In this document: piece after piece, positions 25,174 to 35,728 of the stretch
How positions within the stretch are numbered: position 1 is the first letter of the stretch
Layout of the letters: each line of letters begins with the position of its first letter
DNA from: Salisapilia sapeloensis CBS 127946
Lineage: Eukaryota; Protista; Oomycota
NCBI GenBank assembly: GCA_023334545.1
Contig: JAADVB010000028.1
Span: forward strand, 46,957-110,956
Direction: 5' to 3'
DNA: 64,000 nucleotides
The notes under the pieces: generated by a model
The model's database searches: none
What the model saw: the letters and a program-made list of their open reading frames with translations, nothing else
What the model was told of the DNA's origin: nothing
Position numbers and translations under genes: made by a program

Positions 25174-25487
25174 GCTTGGTTTTCTTACGTGGTAGCTATG
25201 TACTGCTCGTTGGCGTTCTGTCGTTTCTTCTCTCTTCCTCTTCCGGTTTGATCAGGCTTCCGTCCCTCTCGTCCAGGTCACTTGCCTTGAGTATTGAGAA
25301 GATAAGTGGTATTCTATGATATAGCGTTATTAACTTTCAGTTGGTATCAGGTTGAAGTAGACGTGCCCTCGTCTACCTTCCCAAGGTCTCAGCGCGTATA
25401 TGTTGATGAGAGCGGAGAAAATATATGCTAGTATCAAGTACAAGTTTCATTGTTCATTGCTAGCGTGTTTATAAAAGATGCCTACTT

Positions 25488-25970
25488 CTAGTCACTTTTC
25501 GTGCTCACTCGAGTCTGCGTCGACGACTGTTCCGACGACGATTTCTTCTTGCCCACTGATCTAGTCGATGATCGCATTGGTGTGGGACCTTGGCTGCCTA
25601 CACGCTTTGTTGGCTTCTTTGGAGGAGCACGAGCATGACGTAGTTGCGTACACGAATATGGGATGCGTTCAAGCACGAACTGCTCTCCATCAAATAAAAG
25701 CACGCATTCTGTATCTTTATTTTCTACAGCTTTGCCTTTAAATAGCACACCGCCGGAGCTTCCGGATGCCGACGACGAACCCATGAGCACTTGCACGCCA
25801 TTGGAAGGCGCTACAGTCACGACGCCAGGGGTCGCCTCATCCACTGAGGCCGGCTGAAATTCATAACGGAAGGTCGTATGCACCGTATCATCCACCGCAT
25901 CCGCAGGAGAATAGAATAGAGACTTGCCTATCACTACCGGGTACTCGGTGCCATCCACAGGAGCAGCCAT
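25488..25970 (-). CDS. ELL-associated factor (EAF) domain protein
   Basis: EYPVVIGKSL...FRYEFQPASVD...VLFKG...ECVLLFDGEQFVLER is the typical EAF N-terminal pattern. Basic and Ser-rich tail. Confidence 0.85.
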   Translation of the reverse strand: MAAPVDGTEYPVVIGKSLFYSPADAVDDTVHTTFRYEFQPASVDEATPGVVTVAPSNGVQVLMGSSSASGSSGGVLFKGKAVENKDTECVLLFDGEQFVLERIPYSCTQLRHARAPPKKPTKRVGSQGPTPMRSSTRSVGKKKSSSEQSSTQTRVSTKSD

Positions 25971-26424
25971 TTGCTCGTTTTCGTACTACCTGTTCGTTGA
26001 GACGTTTTCGTGGTGATGCAAGGTGCGTGTATATCCTTAACCGTCGCACAGCCTCTTAGGCGAGTACTTGGTCTCTTATCCTCGCGCCTAAAGATAGCTT
26101 TGTGCACATGTACACCTTATGAACTACCTTTCATGAATACACGTCTTCCATTCTACTATTTCGTACTTTACACGCCCGTGCGCTCTACCTTGAATCTTCG
26201 ATCCATCAAAGCGTGTGACTATCCGTGCAAACGGTCTCCGCAACTCATCTCGCACATTGAGCTTCGGAACGAGCGTATCCATCCCACGCAAAACGCCAAT
26301 CTGAAAACACTTCCCAAACAGTTCCTACCCAATCAAGTCCAGATCGATCCATCTTTAGCCAAGATTCACAATTGAAAACGACGTCCTTCGTTACCACCCT
26401 TCTACATCCTTCTCAATCAGAGCA

Positions 26425-27063
26425 ATGAACCACGATCTTGTCACTTTGCTGGAACTGCGGACCTGGCCGCATGGAAAGCATATTGCCTACTGCACGGCAA
26501 CTGGTGCCTTCCTCGTTGCGACACCTGCAGCTGCTAACGTCTTCGGCGTGCCTCGAGCACATGAGCTCTTCGGAAAGCACTTGGTGCATTCACTCGACAG
26601 AGTCAATATCGAGGCGCTGGAGAACTACATCCATCTCCATGGCTCGCATTCCCATGCCCAACCGAACCATCAATCGATATGGAAGAAGGAGCCACGGTGC
26701 CCGCCAGAGGTACTCCACATTGCCAGATCCGGTCTTGCCGTCTGGGTACAACTTGTGTCCGTACCTGTCACCCTTCGACTTCTCCGATGTCTCGACGTCG
26801 TCCAGATGGCCCAACCGGTGTATCCGTGCATCGATGCGTCCAGTTTCGTGATCGAGGAAGCTGAATACGGGACGCTCATGGAGAGTAACCAGCAGTCGCC
26901 GAATAGACCCAGTGACTTTAGTCTGTGTAACCAACCGCAGTCGATTGCACTGGAGCTGAAGGAACTGCCAACTGATGAGGACAGCGAATCGGACGTGACT
27001 TCCCTCGCGAATTTCGCTTTCGAAGCGGACTGGATCGAGAATCTTCAAGACGTTTTGATTTAG
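26425..27063 (+). CDS. Hypothetical protein with a PAS-like N-terminal domain and acidic C-terminus
   Basis: 212-aa single ORF. AYCTATGAFLVATPAAANVFGVPRAHELFGKHLVHSLD resembles the PAS signature (N..a..lfGy..eElvGk). Confidence 0.6.
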   Translation: MNHDLVTLLELRTWPHGKHIAYCTATGAFLVATPAAANVFGVPRAHELFGKHLVHSLDRVNIEALENYIHLHGSHSHAQPNHQSIWKKEPRCPPEVLHIARSGLAVWVQLVSVPVTLRLLRCLDVVQMAQPVYPCIDASSFVIEEAEYGTLMESNQQSPNRPSDFSLCNQPQSIALELKELPTDEDSESDVTSLANFAFEADWIENLQDVLI

Positions 27064-27986
27064 GAAGCCTATGCTTGGATGCTAGACAGTTAGTTTACGT
27101 TTTTGCTGATCTGGAACGATGGTCTAGAGTCTTTCAAACGCTCTCCACAACATTATAAATGCAGTGAGTAGTTCTTGCCGTCACAATGGCTATGAGTTTT
27201 ATTATATTCAATCACCCGTACATGACTATATTCAAAGATAACGAAGACCATCGTCTGGCTAATAGGAAGATATTATTCCTTTATAGACAGGATAAGAGAG
27301 CTTCATCATTACGTAGCATCGTCAGCAGAAATTGGGCTGGTCAAATGTACGGCAGATAAATTCAGCAGTAGATATCTGTAGCGGACCAGCTCATTTAAAT
27401 AGCGATCGAGCTGCTACACCTTTTATTCTGAAGATGCCAGTAATAACTTTAGAGCTACGTAAGATACATGGCGAATACTTCATCTTTACTCATGCGCCTC
27501 ATACGCTAGTGATTCTGATCCGCTTGCCAGAGCGCGCGTGGCAGAAGTAGGTGTGCGGATGCGGAGATTGCGTCCGTACATCTATCACGATACTTTCTAT
27601 ACGTCATCTCGTTCCGAGCTCGCAGGCATATGTATCCCCTACAAAGGAATTTCTCATCCGAGTCTGATTTCCATAAACAGACTGAAGTCCTTGTTACATT
27701 TGATTGTATTGCAAGCCTGTCCGAGTAACTTCACTAGCTCTCACTCTCTCTACCTTTCACTGTATCACTGATCTATCCTTGTCCGAATCGCTGACACCTC
27801 CAGCTCTATTGATCGATTTTTATACAATGGGAACGTTCAGTACACCAAGTGGACTTGACCATCTTAAATGTCTCTTCAACTGAACTCCGCCTTTCCTCGT
27901 CCTGCTACCGCCTCAGGTCTCACTTTCCGATTTCCTCTCCGCTGCTCAAGTCGACAAACAAGACCTGCAGACTATACTCGGCAAGA

Positions 27987-29135
27987 ATGAGGCATTCAAA
28001 CGCAGCTTTAATCTACATCGGCACCATCGCTATACTCGCAACAGCCGTAGCTTCACACTCATGGATCGACTGTCTGGACACTGACCGTTCTGTTGTCTTT
28101 GACCAAGCTCGTGACTATATCTACGGTGGCGACTCCGGTAATGGACTTTGCGCTGGGTATGTCAACAACTACCCTGGCCGTGGTGACTCTGCTATTGATG
28201 CCAAGATGACTCATAAGATCCTGATGCACGAAGCTGAGAATGATGACGTTGAGATTTGCATGGAAGATCCGAACTACTCCGACTGGAGAACTCGTCTGCA
28301 AGTTATGCCTGAAGAGAAATTCTACTTTGGCTACATGCCGAACGGCCATGTCGTTAAAGATAAAGGCGCTCGAGAAACTCAGTACGGCGTTTACTGGACT
28401 GCTGAACCCGAGACAAAGCTCGTGAAAACAAGTGATCTCACAGAGGAGAAACTCCTCGATGGTAACCTCCACGACTTTGACGATGGTGTCTGTGGAGAAT
28501 CGGAAGACAGGGATGGAAAAGAGAGTGGTCGTGCTGGGAATGGTTATCCATGTGTCGGGTCGAATGTAATTCCAAAGGGAACGAAACCTGGAGTGTACAA
28601 CCTCGTGTGGTACTGGTCTTTCTACGACAAGCAGCACGGGAAAGAAGTTCTGACGAGCACAGGCAGATTTGGAGGTGCAGCCTACTACTCTTGTTTTCAA
28701 ATTGAAGTAGTCGATGCCAAGCCAGCGGACTTTGAGGAGTGCAAGTGCCGGAGTCTTCGTGATATTGACCCCGAGATAGAAATGCCTATGAATAGAGATG
28801 GCAGCATTATTTACGAGCGTGAGCCTGTTGGCTTTGGATCGAGCAATGGATCGTCACATTCGCATGACAGCGTCGATAAAGTTGAAGTCGGAGACAGCAT
28901 GGAGCTTGATGAAATCACATGCGATCCTTTTGGTACGCCAGATGAGGCATATAGTCCGGTGGACACTCAGGAAAAGGACTCGATCCCACCTTTAACCTCG
29001 AGAGACACCCACAACGTTACCTCACCTCGTCTACCTCCAAAGGATCTAGCTACTGAGTTTAACTCCACATCTACTGTCTTCCTCCCGAATAGCAGTGCAC
29101 CATTGGTGACACCGTTCCTCCGAACGTCGTCATAG
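27987..29135 (+). CDS. Secreted lytic polysaccharide monooxygenase, AA17-like, with a low-complexity C-terminal extension
   Basis: Signal peptide MRHSNAALIYIGTIAILATAVAS is followed by His1 (HSWIDC). A second His lies in PNGH and a Tyr in AAYYSCFQIEV, which fits a histidine brace. Several Cys are present. The AA17 assignment comes from recalled family features. Confidence 0.8.
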   Translation: MRHSNAALIYIGTIAILATAVASHSWIDCLDTDRSVVFDQARDYIYGGDSGNGLCAGYVNNYPGRGDSAIDAKMTHKILMHEAENDDVEICMEDPNYSDWRTRLQVMPEEKFYFGYMPNGHVVKDKGARETQYGVYWTAEPETKLVKTSDLTEEKLLDGNLHDFDDGVCGESEDRDGKESGRAGNGYPCVGSNVIPKGTKPGVYNLVWYWSFYDKQHGKEVLTSTGRFGGAAYYSCFQIEVVDAKPADFEECKCRSLRDIDPEIEMPMNRDGSIIYEREPVGFGSSNGSSHSHDSVDKVEVGDSMELDEITCDPFGTPDEAYSPVDTQEKDSIPPLTSRDTHNVTSPRLPPKDLATEFNSTSTVFLPNSSAPLVTPFLRTSS

Positions 29136-29366
29136 AGAAAGCAAAAAACCTCCATTTTCAAAAGGAGAGAGTATGGTCTACCATAGATTTCAGATGTCAT
29201 TTAATATAATGCAAAGCCGTTTTAGCATCCCAAATATCCACCTTTGTTCTTTTAGCTGCATCTCACGTAGAAAAAGATAAAAACGTTTCATGAAGCTAGA
29301 GCAATGGCAGACAAGTACTCCAGTGTGGCATTATATGAGAAACAACCAATCCAGCACAAAGTGAAA

Positions 29367-29972
29367 ATGGCGCACGCCGAAGTGTCCGCGGCGGATGTGG
29401 CGGTGCCTCCCAACGACATTCGCTTCCAAATGGAGCTGGAATTCATCCAGTGTCTCGCTAGTCCAGCCTACTTGCATCGTATGTATTCGTGGCTTATAAT
29501 ATGGAGCATCAAAGTCTTAATTAAACGGTATTCACGATGTCTCTGTCTGGTATGCAATAGACCTAGCTATCAATCGCTACTTTGAAAACCCAGCCTTCAT
29601 GAATTACCTTCAGTACTTGAAATACTGGAAGAAGCCTCAATATGCCAAGTATATCGTGTATGTTCCTTATTTCTTGTCTAGCATACGCGATACTCGCATC
29701 TTATTCGATACACAGATACCCTCATTGCCTCGCATTCTTGGACATGCTCGACAGTGAAAACTTCCGCCAAGTATCTACTTAACTAAAACTATTCATATAC
29801 ACTTCCTAATGCAAAGAGACAGATGATCCAACGAGAAGACTTTATGACGATGGTCCACGGACAACAATTCCACCATTGGCAAACCTTTTTGAACAACCGG
29901 ACGGAAGCACCTCCAACCTCTGACACTACAAGTGAAACAAAGACAGAGGAAGTTGCTACTGATGCTACTTAG
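29367..29972 (+). CDS. MED31: Mediator subunit 31 (SOH1), multi-exon
   Basis: RFQMELEFIQCLASPAYLH|HLAINRYFENPAFMNYLQYLKYWKKPQYAKYI, YPHCLAFLDML. Confidence 0.95.
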
Positions 29973-30086
29973 CTCTTACTTGTAAAGCCCTCTTTGCAAT
30001 GTAAGGAAATAAAAAAGAACAGGCTCTTTCGGAGACTGCATTTTCATTTTTATTGACTGCACTGCATTGCAAGTTCGTCACAAAAC

Positions 30087-32132
30087 TTAGAACAGACCTG
30101 TCACTTTGCCTGTCTTCAAGTCGACGTCGACGTCATAGAAGCCAGGACGAGTCGGTAGTCCAGGGACAGTCATGATGTCTCCACACAAGAGGTAGACAAA
30201 GCCAGCACCGACCGACGCACGTGCTTCCCTCACCGTCACGGTGAATCCAGTCGGCACACCCTTTTTACTCGGGTCCGTACTCAAGCTCAAGTGCGTCTTG
30301 GCACAGCACACAGGCAAGTTACCATACCCTCTCTCCGTGTACACCTGCAAGCTCTTCTTGGCCGCTTCACTGAACTCCACTTTCTCCGCTCCGTAGATCT
30401 CTTTACAGATGCGTTCGAACTTTTCAGCAATGCCAAGCTCCATCGGGTACAAGAACTTGAAGGGGCTGCCCTTTTCTCTCGTCTCGCGACAGGACTGGAT
30501 GACTGCTTTGCCCAGATCCATTGCTCCCTTCCCACCATCAGCCCAGTGGGAACTTCCGACGGCAGCAGACGCACCAGCCTCCATTGCCTTGACTTTCACG
30601 AGCTCCAGCTCCTGCGGCGTGTCCGTCACGAAGGCGTTGACAGCCACCACAACCGTCACGCCGAATTTCTTGGCGTTCCGGATGTGATGCTGCATGTTGG
30701 CACATCCTTTTTCCAGCAGCTCCAAGTTCTCATCGACGTAGACTGGGTCCAGTGGCTTGCCAGCCGTCACCGTCGGTCCTCCACCATGCATCTTCAACGC
30801 TCGGACAGTCGCGACGAGCACGACGCAGTGTGGAGTCAAGCCACTTGCACGGCATTTGATGTTAAAGAACTTTTCCATGCCAATGTCAGCACCGAAACCA
30901 GCTTCCGTCACGACATATCCATCGTCCGGACCTTTGTTGCCAGCGAGTTTCAAAGCGATCTGGTCCGCGACGATGGAAGAGTTGCCATGAGCGATGTTGG
31001 CGAACGGACCAGCGTGGACGAATACAGGCGTGGCCTCCACCGTCTGCATCAACGTCGGTAGTAACGCGTCTTTCATGAGCGCCGTGAGTGCGCCACCGAC
31101 ACCCAAGTCGTCTGCCGTCACTGGTTCGCCACTTTTGCTGAGACCGATGACGATGCGACCGAGACGGTTGCGCATGTCCTCGAGGCTCGTGGTGAGCGCC
31201 AAGATCGCCATGATTTCACTCGCGACGGAGATGTCGAATCCAGTTTCACGCGTTCTTCCCTTTTCCGTCGGAGCCGTGCCGACGGTCACTTGCCTCAAGA
31301 AACGATCGCACGTATCGAGCACTCGTTTCCATGTGATCGTCTCCGGGTCAATGTCCAAGCGAACGAATTGACTGATCTCTTCCTCCGTCAAGTCTTCCGG
31401 TGATGTTTTCTCGATCCCGAGTTTCTTGAGACGAGTGAGCATGACAGGAGCAAAGGACCGCGATCCATCCTTTGCTTTCGGACATAAACGATTAAACAAG
31501 GCAGCGTCCGTTTGCGTCGATTCGTGGAACATGCGGGTATCAATGGCTGCGGCAAGGAGATTGTTCGCTGCCGTGATGGCGTGAATGTCTCCAGTCATGT
31601 GCAGGTTGAATTCGTCCATGGGAACGACTTGCGAGTACCCGCCGCCAGCAGCACCACCCTATGCTATCGTTACTACTGTCTCTACATTGCAAGTTCTAGG
31701 GGCTATGACATACTTTGATGCCGAAAGTAGGGCCTTGGGAAGGCTGTCGGATGCATGCAAAAGCACGCTTGCCAAGATGGGCTCCAAGGGCTTGGCAGAG
31801 ACCAATCGTGGTGGTGCTTTTGCCTTCGCCGAGAGGAGTCGGATTGATACCAGCCACAACAATGTAGTTGGCATCCGACACATTCCGCAGTCGTTCACGT
31901 ACGTCTAGCGATACTTTTGCTTTCTTGTCGCCGTACGGAATCAACTCTTCTGGCAGCTATCGCATGCACATCTTATTCGTGACGTCATCGAGTATGGAAA
32001 TGGACATTTTGGTCTTACAACGCCAGCTTCTTTCGCTACTTCTGAAATGCGTACGGGCGAAATTGCATCGCTGACCTCAATGTCGGACGGAACGGGGGTC
32101 TTAAGTTCCTGCGGCTGGAGCGGCCGTGCCAT
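30087..32132 (-). CDS. FHS: Formate--tetrahydrofolate ligase (monofunctional FTHFS), 2 introns
   Basis: [75 protein letters not shown] and [11 protein letters not shown]. Confidence 0.97.
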
Positions 32133-32928
32133 CTTATATCGCTTCGTGATGACCTCGAAGCGAATCTGTCCGCAAATGCGTTTTCACTTGAATAAAGTAA
32201 GACGGTGATCATGAAGTGTCTACACAACACTCGCGTATCTTGAAGAGCTATTTAGATAGAGGACAGGGTGTCCAGTCCTGGCATGATGAGTACTGCTTGG
32301 TAGCCTTTTATCATGTACCTTTATTCAGGTGATCGAATGGGGACTATCTAATTGATGGGTGATTCAATTGTCGATCGATTCGATGTCTTAACAAAAATTA
32401 CTTTGTACCGACGGGAAAGAGTATCGTGTGAGAATATGTTCGCTTTATTTTGGTTTATAAGAGTTCACTTTATCTTTTTTATTATCAAGAGGAATATCCA
32501 TGATAGTTGTTGGTAAGCTCATTGCGTTGTTGTTCATTCACGAGTCCAAGGACGCATTGACTGACACCTAGCTTATCATTCTTTACATGCAACCATTTGA
32601 CAGACAACCTACGTGCAAGGCAAAACAACTTGTTGGAAGGACTTGTAGAACTTCATGAAAGGGCTACTAAACGCTATCAACATCTAGATAGACGCGAACG
32701 AACAGAAAACGATGACATTATAATCAACAAGTGTCGTGAACGAGTTACTGGTCATTCTCAAAGCAAAATTGCCTATCAACTCGTTCATGGAGAACAACAC
32801 GAAAGTCAACTACGACTCAGCCACGCATGAGTCTCCAATTTGCTCATCTCTCGTAACTATGTGCGAATGATTACTCGGACATTCCTTGGATCGGAAATCA
32901 GCTCATGCGTGTTCATCAACCATTCTCT

Positions 32929-32961
32929 GATTGGTATAAATACATCCATTCCAGACCAATC
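32929..32961. promoter_or_regulatory. Inverted pair of CCAAT boxes flanking a TATA-like element in the divergent FTHFS / nucleoredoxin promoter
   Basis: GATTGGT (32929-35), then ATAAATACATCCATTCCAG, then ACCAATC (32955-61). This is a perfect 7-bp inverted repeat about 60 nt upstream of ATG 33021. Confidence 0.45.
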
Positions 32962-33020
32962 GCACCTACTGGCGGGAAACTAAAGCAGCGGATACATGCG
33001 TCATAATTGAAAGAGCCAAG

Positions 33021-33458
33021 ATGGAGACACTAGTGGAAGGAGAACTACGCACGAAGACGGAGGGAGAATTGAGCACCTCCAAGCTCCTTGACGGAAAGAA
33101 AGTTATTGGCCTGTACTTTAGCGGCCACTACTGCCCTCCATGCAGGAAATTCACCCCTCTCCTATCGTCCGTGTACAATGAAATTCAAAAGACGCACCCG
33201 GACTTTGAAATCGTCTTCGTCTCGTCCGACCGAGAAGAAGCCAAGTTCGAAGAGTACTACGAAGAGATGCCGTGGCTAGCTCTTCCGTACGCCAAGCGTC
33301 AGCGTAAACTCGACTTGTGCGCCCAATTTGGCGTCAAGACCGTGCCAACGCTTATTTTCTTCAACGAAAAGGGAGAGATGGTTGAACGTGAAGGCCGCCG
33401 TTTCATCGAGAACCACGCGGACGATGTTGATGCTATCATGACAAAGCTTCGTCAGTAA
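33021..33458 (+). CDS. Nucleoredoxin/tryparedoxin-like thioredoxin-fold oxidoreductase (single domain)
   Basis: KVIGLYFSGHYCPPCRKFTP, FEIVFVSSDR, MPWLALPY and FGVKTVPTLIF. Confidence 0.92.
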   Translation: METLVEGELRTKTEGELSTSKLLDGKKVIGLYFSGHYCPPCRKFTPLLSSVYNEIQKTHPDFEIVFVSSDREEAKFEEYYEEMPWLALPYAKRQRKLDLCAQFGVKTVPTLIFFNEKGEMVEREGRRFIENHADDVDAIMTKLRQ

Positions 33459-33535
33459 AGTATTGCTGACGCGACCGTAGGTTGCGACTAAACACAATAT
33501 ACAGAGTTTTGTAGTTCCTTATTGCCATTGTAGTT

Positions 33536-35468
33536 TTATTCGTTTAGTATGTCGAGGAGAAAGCAGGGGTGATATGAGTTGAAAGTAGTCCTAGACGCCA
33601 TTCGAGCCAATGATGGAACTTGTCAAACGTAATACCTTGCGCTACAGCTTCATCGTATAGATCCTATCGTTGTACTGTTAGTCGATCCATCTTGCTGATA
33701 TACTTGATGCCATTACCTCGTTCATTATGTTGCACGCGTCGGTGAGCATGCCTCCGCCGCTCAATTTCACAGCCGCCGCGGTCAGCATGAAAAACTGTCA
33801 AAGGGAAAGTGTATATCCATATTGAGATACATGACGGGTACGGGGGAGATAGCACATCAGCGAGTGACGAAGCTTGATCAAATCCAACCTCTTTCAGTAG
33901 ATCTCCGCGCTCTTCTTGGGCATCATCTGTCGGTGTGTTCTTGGGTGCTTTCGCCGGACTACGTTTGGAAGCTACCTTTGAAACAGACTTATCCGGCGAG
34001 CGACGAGAGCCGTCATCTTGCAAATGACGAGCAATCTCGAAGAATAGTGAGCCTGTGTACAATTGCTTTGTCTGTAGTGAGTCGTTTGGGGATAAGGATA
34101 CGGCATCAACGCTTTCTTGGAGTTGCTATTCAAATTTAAAATAGTTATAGTGCCAGGAAATGTAAATGCATAGATTTAATAGATATGGAAACCTGGTTTG
34201 TGGACTCTAGCTCTTCCACTCTTTCCTGCTGAAGCTGGAGTATCTGCTTTAGTGAGATGTTCTCACTTTCATACGCTTCGATCTACAAGTTGAAGTTAGT
34301 TTTTTGGTAGTATCTCGTGCTGTTTAATGGGTACTGTCGAAGATAGTGTGGAAACTTGGGCTTGACTGGTGTCCAGTTCCGTTTGCAATGATTCAACTTT
34401 GTTCTCGAGCTCTTCCTTCTCCAAGACAAGCATGCTGTCTTTACGGTCCCTACGTTGCTCATTGCACTGAAGTGTTTCCACTTCTGTTTCCAGCTTTGCG
34501 ACTTGTTGATCTCGCTCGGTTACAAGCTTTTGGAGCTACTTCAGCTCACATGTGCTGACACTTAGCAAACCGTGGCTAAAGCACGTCTAACAGTGTCAAA
34601 GTACCTCATAAATTCGTGCTCCTTGTCTTTCCGAGTCCATCTTGTGCAATAGTAAAGCATCTTGGAGTCCAGCAATTTCGCCTTCTGCTCTCGCCACCTT
34701 TTCGTCGAATTTACTCTGTTCAAGCGCCAGATTTTGCTTGTCGTTCAGCGCCTTCGTCAGCTCAGACGTGAGCATGTCCACTCGCGCTCTAAGTTGGATC
34801 AGTTGGTACCTCTGACGATATACAGAGTATTAGCAACCCTGAGTTACCTGGCAGTTTCCAATTCGTGAGCTACGAATTCCATATTTTCGTCAGCCCTCGC
34901 TTTGGAGAGCTCCAAGGATCTCGTGACTGTCTGAACTGTACGCAGCTTTTTCTCGAGTACCTATCCAACATCGTGCACAACCATAGAGAGACGAGATCAG
35001 CATACGATTTACGTCGAAAGCCACAAGTCTATGTGTCAATTGTAATTGTAACATGCACCAACCTTCACTTCCTGTTCAGCTAGTTCTGCACGCTCGAGCA
35101 ACTGGCACGTCATTACGTTACGTTAAATGATCCAAGAGACTTTGACCAAACTCGTGTACCTGTGCAGATGTGAGCTCCAACTCCACGCCCATCTTTTCAT
35201 TCTGCTTTAGCAACGTCTGGCCGATCTTGGCAGCTAGCAAAGCTTCCTCCTGCGAAGTTTCCAGTTCCTTGCTCTTGTACTCGAGCTCCGAATGGAGTGA
35301 CTCGACCTCCTTTAGTTTATGCAGTTGCTCAAACTCGAGTTCACTAGCACTCGCGATCGTTTGGAATCGACGATGACGCGTACCGGACGGTGGTAGTGGA
35401 GACGGAGCTAAAGGCACCGGTGTACTCTCCTCGGGTGTACTCACGACATCCTCTTTGATCGCATCCAT
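33536..35468 (-). CDS. Multi-exon coiled-coil protein with an N-terminal CC1-box-like motif (HAP1/BICD-type AAxxG)
   Basis: ATG 35468. EEALLAAKIGQTLLKQNE lies at about 35199-35246, followed by several heptad-rich exons. The final exons read FFMLTAAAVKL...DLYDEAVAQGITFDKFHHWLEWRL...ILNE with TAA at 33536. Internal exon boundaries are only partly resolved. Confidence 0.7.
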
Positions 35469-35728
35469 CTTTAACTTACCGAGTCTCCACTTCATATCGC
35501 TTGCTCAAGTGAGTAAATCATAAAAATAACTCGTAACTACCATGAAGGAACCATACACTGTATGCTGATTGTATTTGCTTTCGTTCATCAAGTACACATG
35601 CATCATGCTACTTGTCTCTATGTCACTTGTCCAAAAACCAAACGAGTTACTTGTTATCGACATTTCCAACCGCCTCGCCTGTACACTTTCTTCAATCAGC
35701 TCGTATCCATAAGTTAGCATGCACGCCC

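Noticed and set aside
30291-31371. Antisense ORFs up to 256 aa opposite FTHFS, and similar ones opposite myosin, DHTKD1 and the CEP350-like gene
   Set aside because: They are explained by codon bias of the sense gene, and the translations have no recognisable features.
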